This document shows, piece after piece, positions 9,446 to 20,009 of a DNA stretch of 64,000 nt. The DNA comes from a virus (Duplodnaviria > Caudoviricetes). Made by a program: the position numbers and the translations under genes. The notes below the pieces were generated by a model, which saw only the letters and a list, made by a program, of their open reading frames with translations, searched no databases and was not told the DNA's origin. Each line of letters begins with the position of its first letter. The first letter of the stretch is position 1. Location of the stretch: IMG/VR virus record IMGVR_UViG_3300033121_002154, positions 1-64,000 of that record, one strand, 5' to 3'.

Positions 9446-10708
9446 GTGTCAACATTGGTAAGTGCAATGGAGAAAGCTAAAGGACGTGAAAGAATAAGAA
9501 AATATCAAAAAGCTATTGAAAAAACTATCAATGATAAATTAAAAAGTTTGGGTGAGATAAAATTTAAAGAGAGAGATTCTGAAAAGGAATTAAATTTATG
9601 TAAAATAGGTGTTGTATTGGATTTTGGAGATTATCCTGTTGATATTGAAATTAATAATAAAGAATACGGAAAAGATAGTATTCAATATGTAACATATAGT
9701 GTTGATACTATTTCAAAATATAATGAATTTATTGATTTTATTAAAAATTCAAATTTAAAAATGAATGGAAATCTTTATGAGGTTAAAACTTATGGAGATG
9801 AAAAATTTATTGAAATTCCAATTAATAAAACATTAGAAAATTATAATACAAAATTTTTAGTATTATCTATTCAAAAAAATGTTAGAAAAGATAATGAAAT
9901 AAAAATAAAATATAAAGTAGGAAATGAAATTAAGACTGATAGTCCACAAAGCTTTTTTGATAAAGTATTCTTTAACTGTCTGGAAAATGTCAAATTTATA
10001 ATTGAAAAATTAAAAACAGAATTTGGATTTATTTTAAAATCCAACTCAACTATAGATGTGTGGATTGATGATAATTTTAAAATAAATGATAAACCTGTAA
10101 GAATTATTTATTATCTCAAGGCAAATGGATCAGATACATTAGAAATAAAAAATGATAAAAGATATTTATTAAGTGGTGATGTTGGAAAATCATTAAGAGC
10201 CCCTTGGCCTGATGCTGAAATCAAATTATCAGATAATTTAATTTCAGCTTTAAAACAATATTTTCCAAATGTTTCAAGAGATATTCAAAAAATTAATCAA
10301 GATACAATTCAAAGAAAAACTGAAGAATTAAGTAAACAGCAATCTCTTAAATCTGAAAAGAAAAATGCAAAGAATGTCTTAAAAGATTTTTTTACAAATT
10401 TAGAAAATAGAAAATTAAAAGCTAAAGTTTCTTCAAGATATGAAAGAGATAATCAGAATTATGATTTTGTTATAAGTAAATTTAATATATCTACTGATAA
10501 ATCTGATATCACATTAATAGATGATAAAGGTTGGAATAAAATTTTTATTTCCTTTAATGGTCAAAAAACAATTTGGTTTAAAATGGGTAGTACACCCTCA
10601 AGAGCTGATGAAGTAGTTTTTGATAGAAGATCTGCAGGAATTCTTGTAAAGTTGGCAAAAGTTGTTTGGAATATGGACTTAAAACCTTATGAAATTCCGC
10701 AATTTTAA
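9446..10708 (+). CDS. hypothetical protein; leader lies upstream, frameshifted in an A11 tract
   Basis: 420-aa ORF with GTG start; in-frame upstream KKKLIRLISEQ, but the ATG at 9379 is one base out of frame. Confidence 0.7.
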   Translation: MSTLVSAMEKAKGRERIRKYQKAIEKTINDKLKSLGEIKFKERDSEKELNLCKIGVVLDFGDYPVDIEINNKEYGKDSIQYVTYSVDTISKYNEFIDFIKNSNLKMNGNLYEVKTYGDEKFIEIPINKTLENYNTKFLVLSIQKNVRKDNEIKIKYKVGNEIKTDSPQSFFDKVFFNCLENVKFIIEKLKTEFGFILKSNSTIDVWIDDNFKINDKPVRIIYYLKANGSDTLEIKNDKRYLLSGDVGKSLRAPWPDAEIKLSDNLISALKQYFPNVSRDIQKINQDTIQRKTEELSKQQSLKSEKKNAKNVLKDFFTNLENRKLKAKVSSRYERDNQNYDFVISKFNISTDKSDITLIDDKGWNKIFISFNGQKTIWFKMGSTPSRADEVVFDRRSAGILVKLAKVVWNMDLKPYEIPQF

Positions 10709-10739
10709 TTAGTTTTTAAAACAAAATAAAATACATTTA

Positions 10740-12419
10740 ATGGAACAAAATAATTTTTTTAAAAAACTAACAAGATTTGTTCAGAAAAAAGGGTTTAGAA
10801 GAAATGTACCCACTGATAAGCCCATGTCTCAAACAGGAGTAGGAAATTACCCCGGATCAATTTTAGGAACAAATAGATTAGCAATGAGTATATATGAACA
10901 AAATTTGCAAGCTAATGCGGATAGAGTTGGAAGACTTAGAGACTATGATTTAATGGATTTTACACCTATTCCATCAAGTGCATTAAATGTAATCGCTGAT
11001 GATACATGCTCATATAATGAAGATGGAAAAATTTTAACAATTGAATCAAATAGTGAAAAAATTACCAAAGAATTAGAATATTTCTTTAATGATATTATTA
11101 ATATTGAATTTAATATTTATCACTGGATAAGAACACTTGTGAAATATGGTGATTCATTTCAATTAATGTCTGTAGAACCTAAGAAGGGTGTTTCTGGTAT
11201 TATCAGTTTACCAACTGCTGAAATTGAAAGAGATGAAGCTTTTGATGGTGATCCAAATTCAATTAGATTTAGATGGTTAAGTCAGATTGGTGATTATTAT
11301 CAAGATTATCAAGTTGCACACTTTAGATTAATTGGTGATGATGGATTTTTACCATATGGTAGAAGTATATTGGAATCAGGTAGAAGAACCTGGAAACAAT
11401 TACAATTATTAGAAGATGCAATGTTGATATACAGAATTTCAAGAGCATCTGAAAAACGTGTATTTCATATTGAAACAGGTAATTTACCACCAGATCAAAT
11501 ACCAGGATTTTTAGAAGAACAAAGATCAAGAATAAAAACAGAAACCTTAGTTAATCCTAATACTGGGGAAATTGATTTACGGTATCGTTCTTCAGCAATA
11601 ACTGATGATTTCTTTTTTGCAAAAAGAGGTGACATTAGTAGTACAATAGAAGTTTTACAAGGTGGTCAAAGAATTGGTGATACAGAAGATATAGAATATA
11701 TAAAACAACAATTAATTACCTCAATCGGAGTTCCTAAAATATATTTACAGTTTGATGAAGAATTAGGAAGTCGTTCATCTGCATCAAAGGAAGATATTAG
11801 ATTTTCCAGAACAGTTCAAAGAATTCAAAAAATTGTAATATCGGAATTAAAGAAAATGGCTATGATTCATTTATATAGTTTACAAAAATATGAAATGAAA
11901 GATATTATTAATTTTGATTTAAAATTATATAATCCTTCTACAATTATGGAACTTGGTAAACTTGAATTAATTGAAAAAAGATTTAGTATTTATAATCAAA
12001 GTGTAAATGAGGCAAATGCAATTTCAGCAACAAAAGCAAAAAGAGATATTTTACATATGACAGATGTTGAGATTAATGATGATTCTAAACAAATGATAGA
12101 GGATAAAAAGAAAGAAGCTAATCTTAAGAAAATTGAAGAAGGTGGAATGGAGCAGAGTGAAAGTGAAACACAACCAGAAAAATCAGCTGTTGATAATCAA
12201 TTTGATGATTCAAATGATTCATTAGGGGATGAATCAGATTCTGAATTTAAATTAGATCCAGCAATAGGAAGAAACAATAGCATAAAACAAGGAACCCCAT
12301 CAGAATTTCAAACTTCAAGCAAAGATGATTTCAAAATAGAGAACAGAAAAATTTTACATAATTTTGAATCTAATAAAAAGTTAATAGACTTCTTAGGGCT
12401 TAGAAAAACAATTAAATAA
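10740..12419 (+). CDS. portal protein (T4 gp20-like)
   Basis: LEDAMLIYRISRASEKRVFHIETGNLP, DDFFFAKRG, GVPK, EDIRFSR motifs. Confidence 0.93.
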   Translation: MEQNNFFKKLTRFVQKKGFRRNVPTDKPMSQTGVGNYPGSILGTNRLAMSIYEQNLQANADRVGRLRDYDLMDFTPIPSSALNVIADDTCSYNEDGKILTIESNSEKITKELEYFFNDIINIEFNIYHWIRTLVKYGDSFQLMSVEPKKGVSGIISLPTAEIERDEAFDGDPNSIRFRWLSQIGDYYQDYQVAHFRLIGDDGFLPYGRSILESGRRTWKQLQLLEDAMLIYRISRASEKRVFHIETGNLPPDQIPGFLEEQRSRIKTETLVNPNTGEIDLRYRSSAITDDFFFAKRGDISSTIEVLQGGQRIGDTEDIEYIKQQLITSIGVPKIYLQFDEELGSRSSASKEDIRFSRTVQRIQKIVISELKKMAMIHLYSLQKYEMKDIINFDLKLYNPSTIMELGKLELIEKRFSIYNQSVNEANAISATKAKRDILHMTDVEINDDSKQMIEDKKKEANLKKIEEGGMEQSESETQPEKSAVDNQFDDSNDSLGDESDSEFKLDPAIGRNNSIKQGTPSEFQTSSKDDFKIENRKILHNFESNKKLIDFLGLRKTIK

Positions 12420-12426
12420 TAAAAAT

Positions 12427-13038
12427 TTGGATAGTATAGCAAAAGAATTAGGGGTATTCTTAGGTGCATTAGCTGCAGGCCTTCTTATTACTCTATTTAA
12501 AATAATCAAAGAAAAATTTTTACAAAGAAAAAAGAAAAATTTATCTTTAATAAAAAATAATTATAAAAATTATGAAAAAATTCATGATAAATTAATTGAA
12601 TTAAGACAATCAGTAAATGCAGACAGGATTACTGTTTATCAGTTCCATAACGGTGAATATTATTCTACAAATAATTCGATTCTCAAAGTAAGTGTAACTC
12701 ATGAAAATTGTAGTGAATCTGTAAAATCTTATTTAAATGAAATGCAAAATATTCAACCAAGTTTATTTGTTGAATTTTTTAAGGATGTTTTTGATAAAAA
12801 AGAAAACATTGTTACAATACATGCTGATACATTAGTAGACTCATCATTAAAAAATTTAATGTTGTTTAGAGCAGTTAACACTGAAATATTCTGCCCATTA
12901 TATAATGATCACGGTGATATGATAGGATTTATTGGCGTGGTATATATAGATAAATATACACATACAAAAGAGATAGAAAATTATATTATATCTTATTCAA
13001 AAATTATTTCTTATATCTTAAATTTAAAAAATAATTAA
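12427..13038 (+). CDS. single-TM protein with GAF-like domain (T4 T-type holin-like)
   Basis: N-terminal TM segment; ADRITVYQFHNG...IGFIGV. Confidence 0.5.
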   Translation: MDSIAKELGVFLGALAAGLLITLFKIIKEKFLQRKKKNLSLIKNNYKNYEKIHDKLIELRQSVNADRITVYQFHNGEYYSTNNSILKVSVTHENCSESVKSYLNEMQNIQPSLFVEFFKDVFDKKENIVTIHADTLVDSSLKNLMLFRAVNTEIFCPLYNDHGDMIGFIGVVYIDKYTHTKEIENYIISYSKIISYILNLKNN

Positions 13039-13074
13039 AATTTTTCTTACTAAATTAGAAAATGATAATACAAT

Positions 13075-13908
13075 ATGAAGCATTCCAAATATTTAAATAG
13101 TGGTTTAATAAACTACTTGATTGAAAACATTATCACTTCTAAAATCTCGAAAAATGATAAAACCATTGCCAAAGATTTTATGAAGTATGTAAAGTTAATT
13201 AAAAGTTTACCATTAATTCGAGAAGAATTAAAATTTTATGATCAGTTAACAACTTCTTTTGTCGAAAAAAGATATTTAGGCAGTAAACTTTTGTCTGAAA
13301 TTAAGAAAGATTTAAAAAAAGTAGAATGGGATAATCTGTCAAGACAAAGACAAATGTTTTTTGATAAAACAAAAAAGATATTTCCTGAATTGTTAACAGA
13401 AATAAATAATAGACAAAACAAATATAAATTATTTGCTTCCATACAAAATTTCATTGATGATGCAAAAGTTAATAAATTAACTGCAAAAGAAAGAATTATT
13501 GTTGAAGAAAATATAATTGAAAATCTTAGCAATGGTTTTGGAATAACAGAATTTGTTGATAAAGTAAAAGAATATAATGAAATACCTCTTGAGGCTGATC
13601 CTCTTGTTGTATCTATAATGATAAAAGACTTTAATAAAAAATGGAAATCTGTATTATCTGAAACACAATATAAGTATTTAGTAGATTATACTTCAAATGG
13701 TAATTCTATAAATTCAACCTGGATAAATAGAATTAAAAAATCTTTGAATCAATATAATCCTGAGCTTATTAAATCAGAAGAAATTTCTAATAAAGTTGAA
13801 AAAATAATTACTGAGGTTACAAATAAGACAACTTTTAATAGTGAAAATATTTTACAATATTGTGAATTGATTGACTCATTAAAAGAATTTTCATCTAAAA
13901 CTAATTAA
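13075..13908 (+). CDS. conserved large-phage head-region protein
   Basis: MKHSKYLNSGLI N-terminus; sits between portal and protease. Confidence 0.55.
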   Translation: MKHSKYLNSGLINYLIENIITSKISKNDKTIAKDFMKYVKLIKSLPLIREELKFYDQLTTSFVEKRYLGSKLLSEIKKDLKKVEWDNLSRQRQMFFDKTKKIFPELLTEINNRQNKYKLFASIQNFIDDAKVNKLTAKERIIVEENIIENLSNGFGITEFVDKVKEYNEIPLEADPLVVSIMIKDFNKKWKSVLSETQYKYLVDYTSNGNSINSTWINRIKKSLNQYNPELIKSEEISNKVEKIITEVTNKTTFNSENILQYCELIDSLKEFSSKTN

Positions 13909-13937
13909 ATTTTTCTTAAAAATTAAAAAAGAATACT

Positions 13938-14156
13938 ATGCAATTAAAAATGATGAATGTTCTCAATAAAATTTTATATGAGAAAAAAAGAATTCTAAAT
14001 GATGAAGAAATTTTAAATGATGTTTGTGAAAATTGCGGTGAATGTCATTCTGATTTAGATGAATGTGTTACAAATGAGCAAGAAGATTTTTTAGATGAAC
14101 AAAGTTCAACCAGCGGAATGGCTGGCATGAACTTACCATTAGGTGATTATAGATAA
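13938..14156 (+). CDS. small acidic protein with [I/L]xE sites
   Basis: ILYE and FLDEQ motifs; CENCGEC. Confidence 0.45.
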   Translation: MQLKMMNVLNKILYEKKRILNDEEILNDVCENCGECHSDLDECVTNEQEDFLDEQSSTSGMAGMNLPLGDYR

Positions 14157-14161
14157 AATTT

Positions 14162-14485
14162 ATGAAAAATCAAACTTTAACATTGTCGAATGTAAAAAAT
14201 AATTATTTTTTTAATGAAAAACTTTTGAAAAAAATTTGTAATGAAATAAATGAAAAAACTTCAGTTATAAATTTTTATCCTCAAAAAATTACAAAGACAA
14301 AATTTGGCTTAAGGCAGGTTATTTTGCGTAGTAAATATAAAAAAAATAATGTCAATAGTCAATGTAAATTATTATTGTTTGAAAATAGTAAAGGTAAAAT
14401 TAAACCTACAATAAGAATTGGGTTTATGCTTTCATTTGTCCAAGATATTAATATCTTAAACAAAATCATGAAAAAATATGAATAA
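14162..14485 (+). CDS. hypothetical protein
   Basis: 107-aa ORF packed in operon. Confidence 0.5.
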   Translation: MKNQTLTLSNVKNNYFFNEKLLKKICNEINEKTSVINFYPQKITKTKFGLRQVILRSKYKKNNVNSQCKLLLFENSKGKIKPTIRIGFMLSFVQDINILNKIMKKYE

Positions 14486-14819
14486 AGTAAAAAATTTTAT
14501 TAGAAAAGAAGTAAGAAAAATTAATGAACAACAATTACGAAGTCATAAACTTGGATATGATTTAAGTAAATCTAATACTTCAGTAACTCATTGGCTTGAA
14601 GATCATTTGAAAGAAATTGAAAATAAAAAAATATATCAAGATAAAGAGAAATTAATAGAGGTAATAAAAAGTATGAAAAATGATGGTATTCATGTGAGTG
14701 AACAGTATATTGATAAATTAATTATGACAATTAAAAAAATTAATCAACCACAGAAAATTTTACAATTTCTTTATGATGTATATTTAAAAGGTAGCTCCCT
14801 TGGAACACCAGAGAATTAA
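14478..14819 (+). CDS. leader-bearing protein
   Basis: MNKVKNFIRKEVRKINEQ; C-terminal LYDVYL..G similar to 19704. Confidence 0.55.
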   Translation: MNKVKNFIRKEVRKINEQQLRSHKLGYDLSKSNTSVTHWLEDHLKEIENKKIYQDKEKLIEVIKSMKNDGIHVSEQYIDKLIMTIKKINQPQKILQFLYDVYLKGSSLGTPEN

Positions 14820-14858
14820 AATTTTTTAAATAATATTTTAAAATAAAAATAAAAATAA

Positions 14859-15278
14859 ATGAAAATTAAAAAAGAAGTTTTATCAAAGCTTATCAAAAAA
14901 ATTATTAATGAAGGTGTTAGCAACTACCAGTGGGATTTAGGTGATTTGGACAATTCTCAAAAAAAACTGAAGCCAGGGCAAAAAATAGGTGATTATGTAA
15001 TTTTGTATAATGACGGTGACTGTATGTTTATAAGATTAAAGACATCTTATAAAAGAATATTGGACATTTATAAAAAAGAATATCAAAAATATGCAACAAA
15101 AGAAATACCTGCATTAGGGTGGATTAAAATGTTAAATAGCGTTGGCACTGACTATGCCTCGGGACTTTTTACTAACAAAGGAAGAAGACTTTGTATAAAA
15201 AATATTAAAAAACAAAGAGGTGGTAACAATGGAATGCCAATGATATTAATGCCAAAACCGTCTAGAATGAATTATTAA
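14859..15278 (+). CDS. leader-bearing protein
   Basis: MKIKKEVLSKLIKKIINEG. Confidence 0.6.
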   Translation: MKIKKEVLSKLIKKIINEGVSNYQWDLGDLDNSQKKLKPGQKIGDYVILYNDGDCMFIRLKTSYKRILDIYKKEYQKYATKEIPALGWIKMLNSVGTDYASGLFTNKGRRLCIKNIKKQRGGNNGMPMILMPKPSRMNY

Positions 15279-15318
15279 TATTTAATAAAATTTATTTTCA
15301 AAATAAAAAGGATTAATT

Positions 15319-15963
15319 ATGACAAATAACAAAGCACTTTTAACTGAATGTAGAATCTGGAATACTTCTAAACAGTTAGTTATTGAACAAACAGAAAAGG
15401 GTATTCAAAAACTTTTTTTAAAAGGAAAAATTCAAGAAGCAGAAGCTGAAAATCAAAATGAAAGATTTTACCCAATGCATATTCTTGAAAGAGAAGTTGA
15501 AAATTTTAAAAAAATTATAGCTTCAAATAGTACTCAGGCAATCGGTGAATTAGATCATCCTGAAAATGCAGTTGTAAATTTAGAAAATGCATCACACATA
15601 ATGAGAGATATTTGGTGGCAAGGAAGAGAAGTCTGGGGAAAATTGGAAGTTTTAAACGGGCCAGATCCATATGGAACACCTAAGGGTAGAATATTGGAGA
15701 GTTTAATTCGAAGAGGATTAACTGTTGGAATATCAAGCCGAGGAGTGGGTTCAACATTGGATGATAGAAATGGAAAAGAAATCATTCAAGATGATTATCA
15801 AATTATTACATTTGATATTGTTAGTAATCCTTCAACAAGAGGGGCATTTTTATTAAAAGAAAATTATGCTAAATTAAGTAAACCATTAACTGCAAAACAA
15901 CTTAATCACATAAAATATTTTAAATTAAATAACATTTTAACTAAAATTTTGGGACAGGGATGA
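15319..15963 (+). CDS. prohead protease (T4 gp21-like)
   Basis: NQNERFYP, GELDHP, GISSRGVGS, DIVSNPS motifs. Confidence 0.93.
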   Translation: MTNNKALLTECRIWNTSKQLVIEQTEKGIQKLFLKGKIQEAEAENQNERFYPMHILEREVENFKKIIASNSTQAIGELDHPENAVVNLENASHIMRDIWWQGREVWGKLEVLNGPDPYGTPKGRILESLIRRGLTVGISSRGVGSTLDDRNGKEIIQDDYQIITFDIVSNPSTRGAFLLKENYAKLSKPLTAKQLNHIKYFKLNNILTKILGQG

Positions 15964-16256
15964 AAATTTCAAAAAAACAATTAATCAAATTAATAAAAGA
16001 GCAGGCTCAAATGTCTTCAATGAAAATTATGTCTAATGATGATTTGACTAATCAAAAATTATTTTATAATATGGCAAATATTACTAGAAATCTTCATAAA
16101 GATAATGATTTAAAATCATTTGCATCTTATACACTTTCTCAATTGATAAAAAAATATCCAAATGATAAATATGTTATTAGATTAAAAAAAATACTTTATA
16201 TTGCTGCAAATGCTGATGATTTTAATGAAGATTTAAAAGATTACTTAGTTACTTAA
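15960..16256 (+). CDS. leader-bearing putative internal head protein
   Basis: MKISKKQLIKLIKEQ. Confidence 0.65.
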   Translation: MKISKKQLIKLIKEQAQMSSMKIMSNDDLTNQKLFYNMANITRNLHKDNDLKSFASYTLSQLIKKYPNDKYVIRLKKILYIAANADDFNEDLKDYLVT

Positions 16257-16274
16257 AAATAAAAAAAATAAAAA

Positions 16275-16625
16275 ATGAAAATTTCAAAAAAACAATTAAT
16301 AAGACTAATTAAAGAACAGATTAAAAATAAAAATTCTGATCTTGATGAAGCAATTTTTAAAGCTGCGGATTTGTGTAGAAATGAATTTAAAAATTCTTTT
16401 CAAGATGGTAGAGATAGCTTTTCAAATTTTGAAAATTTAGTTGAAAAATATCTGGGTAGACCTCTTGGCAAAGATAAAAATGACTCTGAATTTAGAAGAG
16501 TATCAAAATTAATAGATAGAATTGCAGAAGCAAATGATCGTATAGAATATGCATATAGAGTTAATGGGGAAAAACAAGGTAAAATGGCAAAGCATGTTTT
16601 TGAAAAATTATTAGATCAATTATAA
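16275..16625 (+). CDS. leader-bearing protein, tandem paralog of 16627
   Basis: MKISKKQLIRLIKEQ; SDL.EAIFKA.DLC..EF...DSFSNFENLV shared with 16627. Confidence 0.7.
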   Translation: MKISKKQLIRLIKEQIKNKNSDLDEAIFKAADLCRNEFKNSFQDGRDSFSNFENLVEKYLGRPLGKDKNDSEFRRVSKLIDRIAEANDRIEYAYRVNGEKQGKMAKHVFEKLLDQL

Positions 16626-16626
16626 T

Positions 16627-16977
16627 ATGAAGATAACAAAAAAACAATTAATAAGACTAATTAAAGAACAGATTAATAATGATACTTCTGATCTTCATGA
16701 AGCAATTTTTAAAGCCACAGATTTGTGTAAAAGGGAATTTGAATATGCTAAATTTCATAATAAAGATTCATTTTCAAATTTTGAAAATTTGGTAAAAAAG
16801 TATCTTGGAAGATCACTTTCAACAACGGAGAAAAATGATTCTGAATATAAAAGAATAATAAAAATAATTGATGATTTGAATGAAGCTATGGATGATATTG
16901 AAATTGCTTATAGCAAGAGTAATTCTGATGGGTTAAGAGCAAAAAATAAATTTTATCAATTATTAAAAAGATTTTAA
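16627..16977 (+). CDS. leader-bearing protein, tandem paralog of 16275
   Basis: MKITKKQLIRLIKEQ; same 116-aa length. Confidence 0.7.
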   Translation: MKITKKQLIRLIKEQINNDTSDLHEAIFKATDLCKREFEYAKFHNKDSFSNFENLVKKYLGRSLSTTEKNDSEYKRIIKIIDDLNEAMDDIEIAYSKSNSDGLRAKNKFYQLLKRF

Positions 16978-17004
16978 TTTTATAAAAATCTATAAAATAT
17001 TAAT

Positions 17005-17607
17005 ATGAATATAAAACAAACAATAAAGGAAGAAATTTATAGACAAAAATGTTGGAAAATAATTTCTGAACAAACAGAAAAAAAATTTCCATCTGGAAAA
17101 GTAAAAAAATTACTTGCAGATTATAAAAGTAATCAGAAACAATTGCAAGAATTAAATGATATGATTGCACCTATTTTAAATAAAATTTCCGAATTAGATG
17201 CCTCACAGTCAAAACTTGAAAATGAAGTTAAACAAAAAATGAAAGATTATAATAAAAAAGAAATAATCATTTCTGGTTATATTGCAAAGTTAATTCAGAG
17301 TACGACCACAACAAAACCCACAGGTAGTTACAAAAGTGGTTTTGAGGAAGCATTAACATATTTGAATGAAGAAACTAAAAGATTGGTTCAAAATTTCTTT
17401 GAATCAACAAAAGTTGCAAAAACAATAACTCAAGAATTATTTTCATTAAAAAAATTACCAGATTCAATTGAAGAAGGTGTTGGAGACTGGATTATAAAGA
17501 AAATGAAAGCAATATTTAAAAAATTTAAATTAATTGTTGTAAATATTATGAATAGTTTTTCAAGTGTTTCTTCTGCACAAGATAAACTTATAAAACAATT
17601 AAAATGA
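17005..17607 (+). CDS. coiled-coil protein with leader and internal IxE sites
   Basis: MNIKQTIKEE..IISEQ; long heptad-like helices; IEEG near the C-terminus. Confidence 0.6.
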   Translation: MNIKQTIKEEIYRQKCWKIISEQTEKKFPSGKVKKLLADYKSNQKQLQELNDMIAPILNKISELDASQSKLENEVKQKMKDYNKKEIIISGYIAKLIQSTTTTKPTGSYKSGFEEALTYLNEETKRLVQNFFESTKVAKTITQELFSLKKLPDSIEEGVGDWIIKKMKAIFKKFKLIVVNIMNSFSSVSSAQDKLIKQLK

Positions 17608-17882
17608 AAATAACAAAAAAACAATTAATAAAGTTAATTAAAGAGCAATCAGACATAAAATACTCACCTGAATCATTTGTGCATGGAGCTTCTGAAGATA
17701 TGTTTCAAGATAAACTTTTATTATTGATTAGACAATATTATCCCATTTACCCTTCGAAAAGAGGTGAAATGATTACAAAAATAATATTAAATCTTTTATT
17801 TAATGGAAAAACAATTGATTCAAATAAAACAGATAAAATCAATAATTATATAAATAAAATTTTTAATAAAACTACTTCATAA
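17604..17882 (+). CDS. leader-bearing protein
   Basis: MKITKKQLIKLIKEQ; C-terminal half resembles 18921 (F.GK..D....INKIF). Confidence 0.65.
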   Translation: MKITKKQLIKLIKEQSDIKYSPESFVHGASEDMFQDKLLLLIRQYYPIYPSKRGEMITKIILNLLFNGKTIDSNKTDKINNYINKIFNKTTS

Positions 17883-17908
17883 AATTTTTAATTAAATAAA
17901 ATAAAATT

Positions 17909-18439
17909 ATGAAAATCACTAAAAGACAATTAATAAAATTGATTAAAGAAAGTTATGGATCAAATGCTTTTAACAATTTTCAATATGGGAAATTTAATTT
18001 ACATAATAATGAACTTAGAGGACAGGACACATTTGAATTTAATGTGAAAAATTTTCATGATGTATGGGAAGTTGTTGAAATATTATCTGATTTTTATGAT
18101 AAATATAAATTACCAAAATTTATGTCTAATTATAAAAATGATGAAGAATCAATTGAACCAGAATTTTCATACTTTCTAGCAGATTTTTCAAACTATTTAG
18201 GTGATATAATGTTTAAATCCTTTAAAAGTAAATATATTTCAGACTGGTCATTTTTAGGTAGAAATAATGGTTGGTATGTTATTATATTATCATCATATTT
18301 CAAAGATTTAACTGAAAATCAGCAAGTAAAAATTTTATCTAATATTGAGGATAAATTTATGAAAATTAAAAAATTATTTAATGATAAATATGAAATTTAC
18401 TTCAAAAAATTTTTACAAAGTTATAAAAATAGTTTTTAA
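17909..18439 (+). CDS. leader-bearing protein
   Basis: MKITKRQLIKLIKES; WSFLGRNNGW motif. Confidence 0.65.
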   Translation: MKITKRQLIKLIKESYGSNAFNNFQYGKFNLHNNELRGQDTFEFNVKNFHDVWEVVEILSDFYDKYKLPKFMSNYKNDEESIEPEFSYFLADFSNYLGDIMFKSFKSKYISDWSFLGRNNGWYVIILSSYFKDLTENQQVKILSNIEDKFMKIKKLFNDKYEIYFKKFLQSYKNSF

Positions 18440-18460
18440 AAAATTTAAAATTTTTAAAAA

Positions 18461-18835
18461 ATGAAATTCAAAAAATCAGTATTAAAAAGTTTATTAAAAG
18501 AATCTCTTCTTGAACTTATAGAAGAAGGAGCTATTTCTTTTCATTCACAAACAGTTCAAGAAGTAAAAGTTGCAACAAGAAATACAAATGATCAAAATAC
18601 TATATCTGAAAATATAAAAAATACTTTGGCAGAATATGAAAAAATAAAAAGACCACAGATGCAAAATCAAACACGCCAAAATATTCCACAAAAACCAAAA
18701 AGTATTACTGGAAATCCTATGTTAGATCAAATAATATCTGAAGTAAAAGATCCTGAAATTGTACAAAATCAATCTGCAATTCAAGGTACAAATGTACCAA
18801 TGGAAGATTATTCAAAGTTTATAGAAAATATATAA
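18461..18835 (+). CDS. leader-bearing head-region protein
   Basis: MKFKKSVLKSLLKES; TGNPMLDQIISE. Confidence 0.6.
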   Translation: MKFKKSVLKSLLKESLLELIEEGAISFHSQTVQEVKVATRNTNDQNTISENIKNTLAEYEKIKRPQMQNQTRQNIPQKPKSITGNPMLDQIISEVKDPEIVQNQSAIQGTNVPMEDYSKFIENI

Positions 18836-18920
18836 AATAAAAATTTGCAAAAAAATAAAAAACAAATTGGAAAATCATGATTTTTCACAGTTTATGGATT
18901 CAATATAAAAATAATATAAA

Positions 18921-19190
18921 ATGAAAATTACAAAGAAAGAATTAGTGAAATTGATTAAAGAACAAGTTAAACCTGTATCATCAATTTCAGATAAAGAACT
19001 CAATGATATTAAAAAACAAACTTTAATTTTAATAAACAGTGCAATAGCTAGAACTGGAAATGCAGATAAATTTACAAAATATGAAATACAAAATTTCAAT
19101 ATGTGTATTTCAATTTTATTTGTTCATTTTTTTGAAGGTAAAAAGTTTGATGGTAATGTAATATTAAATATAAATAAAATTTTCTCATGA
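18921..19190 (+). CDS. leader-bearing protein
   Basis: MKITKKELVKLIKEQ. Confidence 0.65.
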   Translation: MKITKKELVKLIKEQVKPVSSISDKELNDIKKQTLILINSAIARTGNADKFTKYEIQNFNMCISILFVHFFEGKKFDGNVILNINKIFS

Positions 19191-19720
19191 AAAAACAAAA
19201 AGGTATGTTAGGCAGTTCTGATCCATTTTTTTCTGAAAATGCACCTTTAGATACTCCATTTCTTACCGAAGCTGAAGTTTATACAGATGAATCAGGAAAA
19301 TATTGGGGAAATAGTGGCGCCGGTGTAATATTTTATTGTAAGAAAACCGGAAGAATTCTTTTAGCAAGAAGAAGTTTGGCCGTAAATGAACCGCATACTT
19401 GGTGTGGAATTGGTGGAAAAATTGATCAAGAAGAAACACCTCAACAAGCTGCCAAAAGAGAAGTTCAAGAAGAGGCAAGAGTTATAGGCTCATACAAATT
19501 AAAATTATTTTATATTTATAAAGATGAAGATTTTAAGTTTTATAATTTTATTGTAACAGTAAATAAAGAATTTAAACCAAAAATTACATCAGAAATTGAT
19601 AAATTTATTTGGTGTGATTATTCTGATATAAAATCTTTACCAAAACCTTTACATTTTGGATTCAAATATTTATATTCAAATTTGAAAAAAATTATTAAAG
19701 CAATTGAAGAAAAAGATTAA
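19187..19720 (+). CDS. Nudix hydrolase
   Basis: Nudix box GGKIDQEETPQQAAKREVQEEA; FLTE/A site before the domain. Confidence 0.9.
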   Translation: MKKQKGMLGSSDPFFSENAPLDTPFLTEAEVYTDESGKYWGNSGAGVIFYCKKTGRILLARRSLAVNEPHTWCGIGGKIDQEETPQQAAKREVQEEARVIGSYKLKLFYIYKDEDFKFYNFIVTVNKEFKPKITSEIDKFIWCDYSDIKSLPKPLHFGFKYLYSNLKKIIKAIEEKD

Positions 19721-20009
19721 TATTATAAAGGATGCTCCACAGGAAGTTTGTTCATTAATTAATAATAATTTAAAAAAAATTAATGAAATCTATACAAAAC
19801 CAAAAATTTTTGAAAATTATTTATTTAAAAATGTATTAATAACTAAAGATAAAGAATGGTTAAAAGAATTTAGAAGTGAATTTAAATTAAAAAATGCAAC
19901 TGAAAAATTACAACTTTTATATGATATTTATTTAAGTCAGCAAGGTTTATATATTGAGTTTCCAGAAGGTGAAACACCTATAGAATTTAAAAAAATAAAA
20001 AAATTATGA
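19704..20009 (+). CDS. hypothetical protein
   Basis: 101-aa ORF; LQLLYDIYLSQQGL similar to the 14478 C-terminus. Confidence 0.5.
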   Translation: MKKKINIIKDAPQEVCSLINNNLKKINEIYTKPKIFENYLFKNVLITKDKEWLKEFRSEFKLKNATEKLQLLYDIYLSQQGLYIEFPEGETPIEFKKIKKL

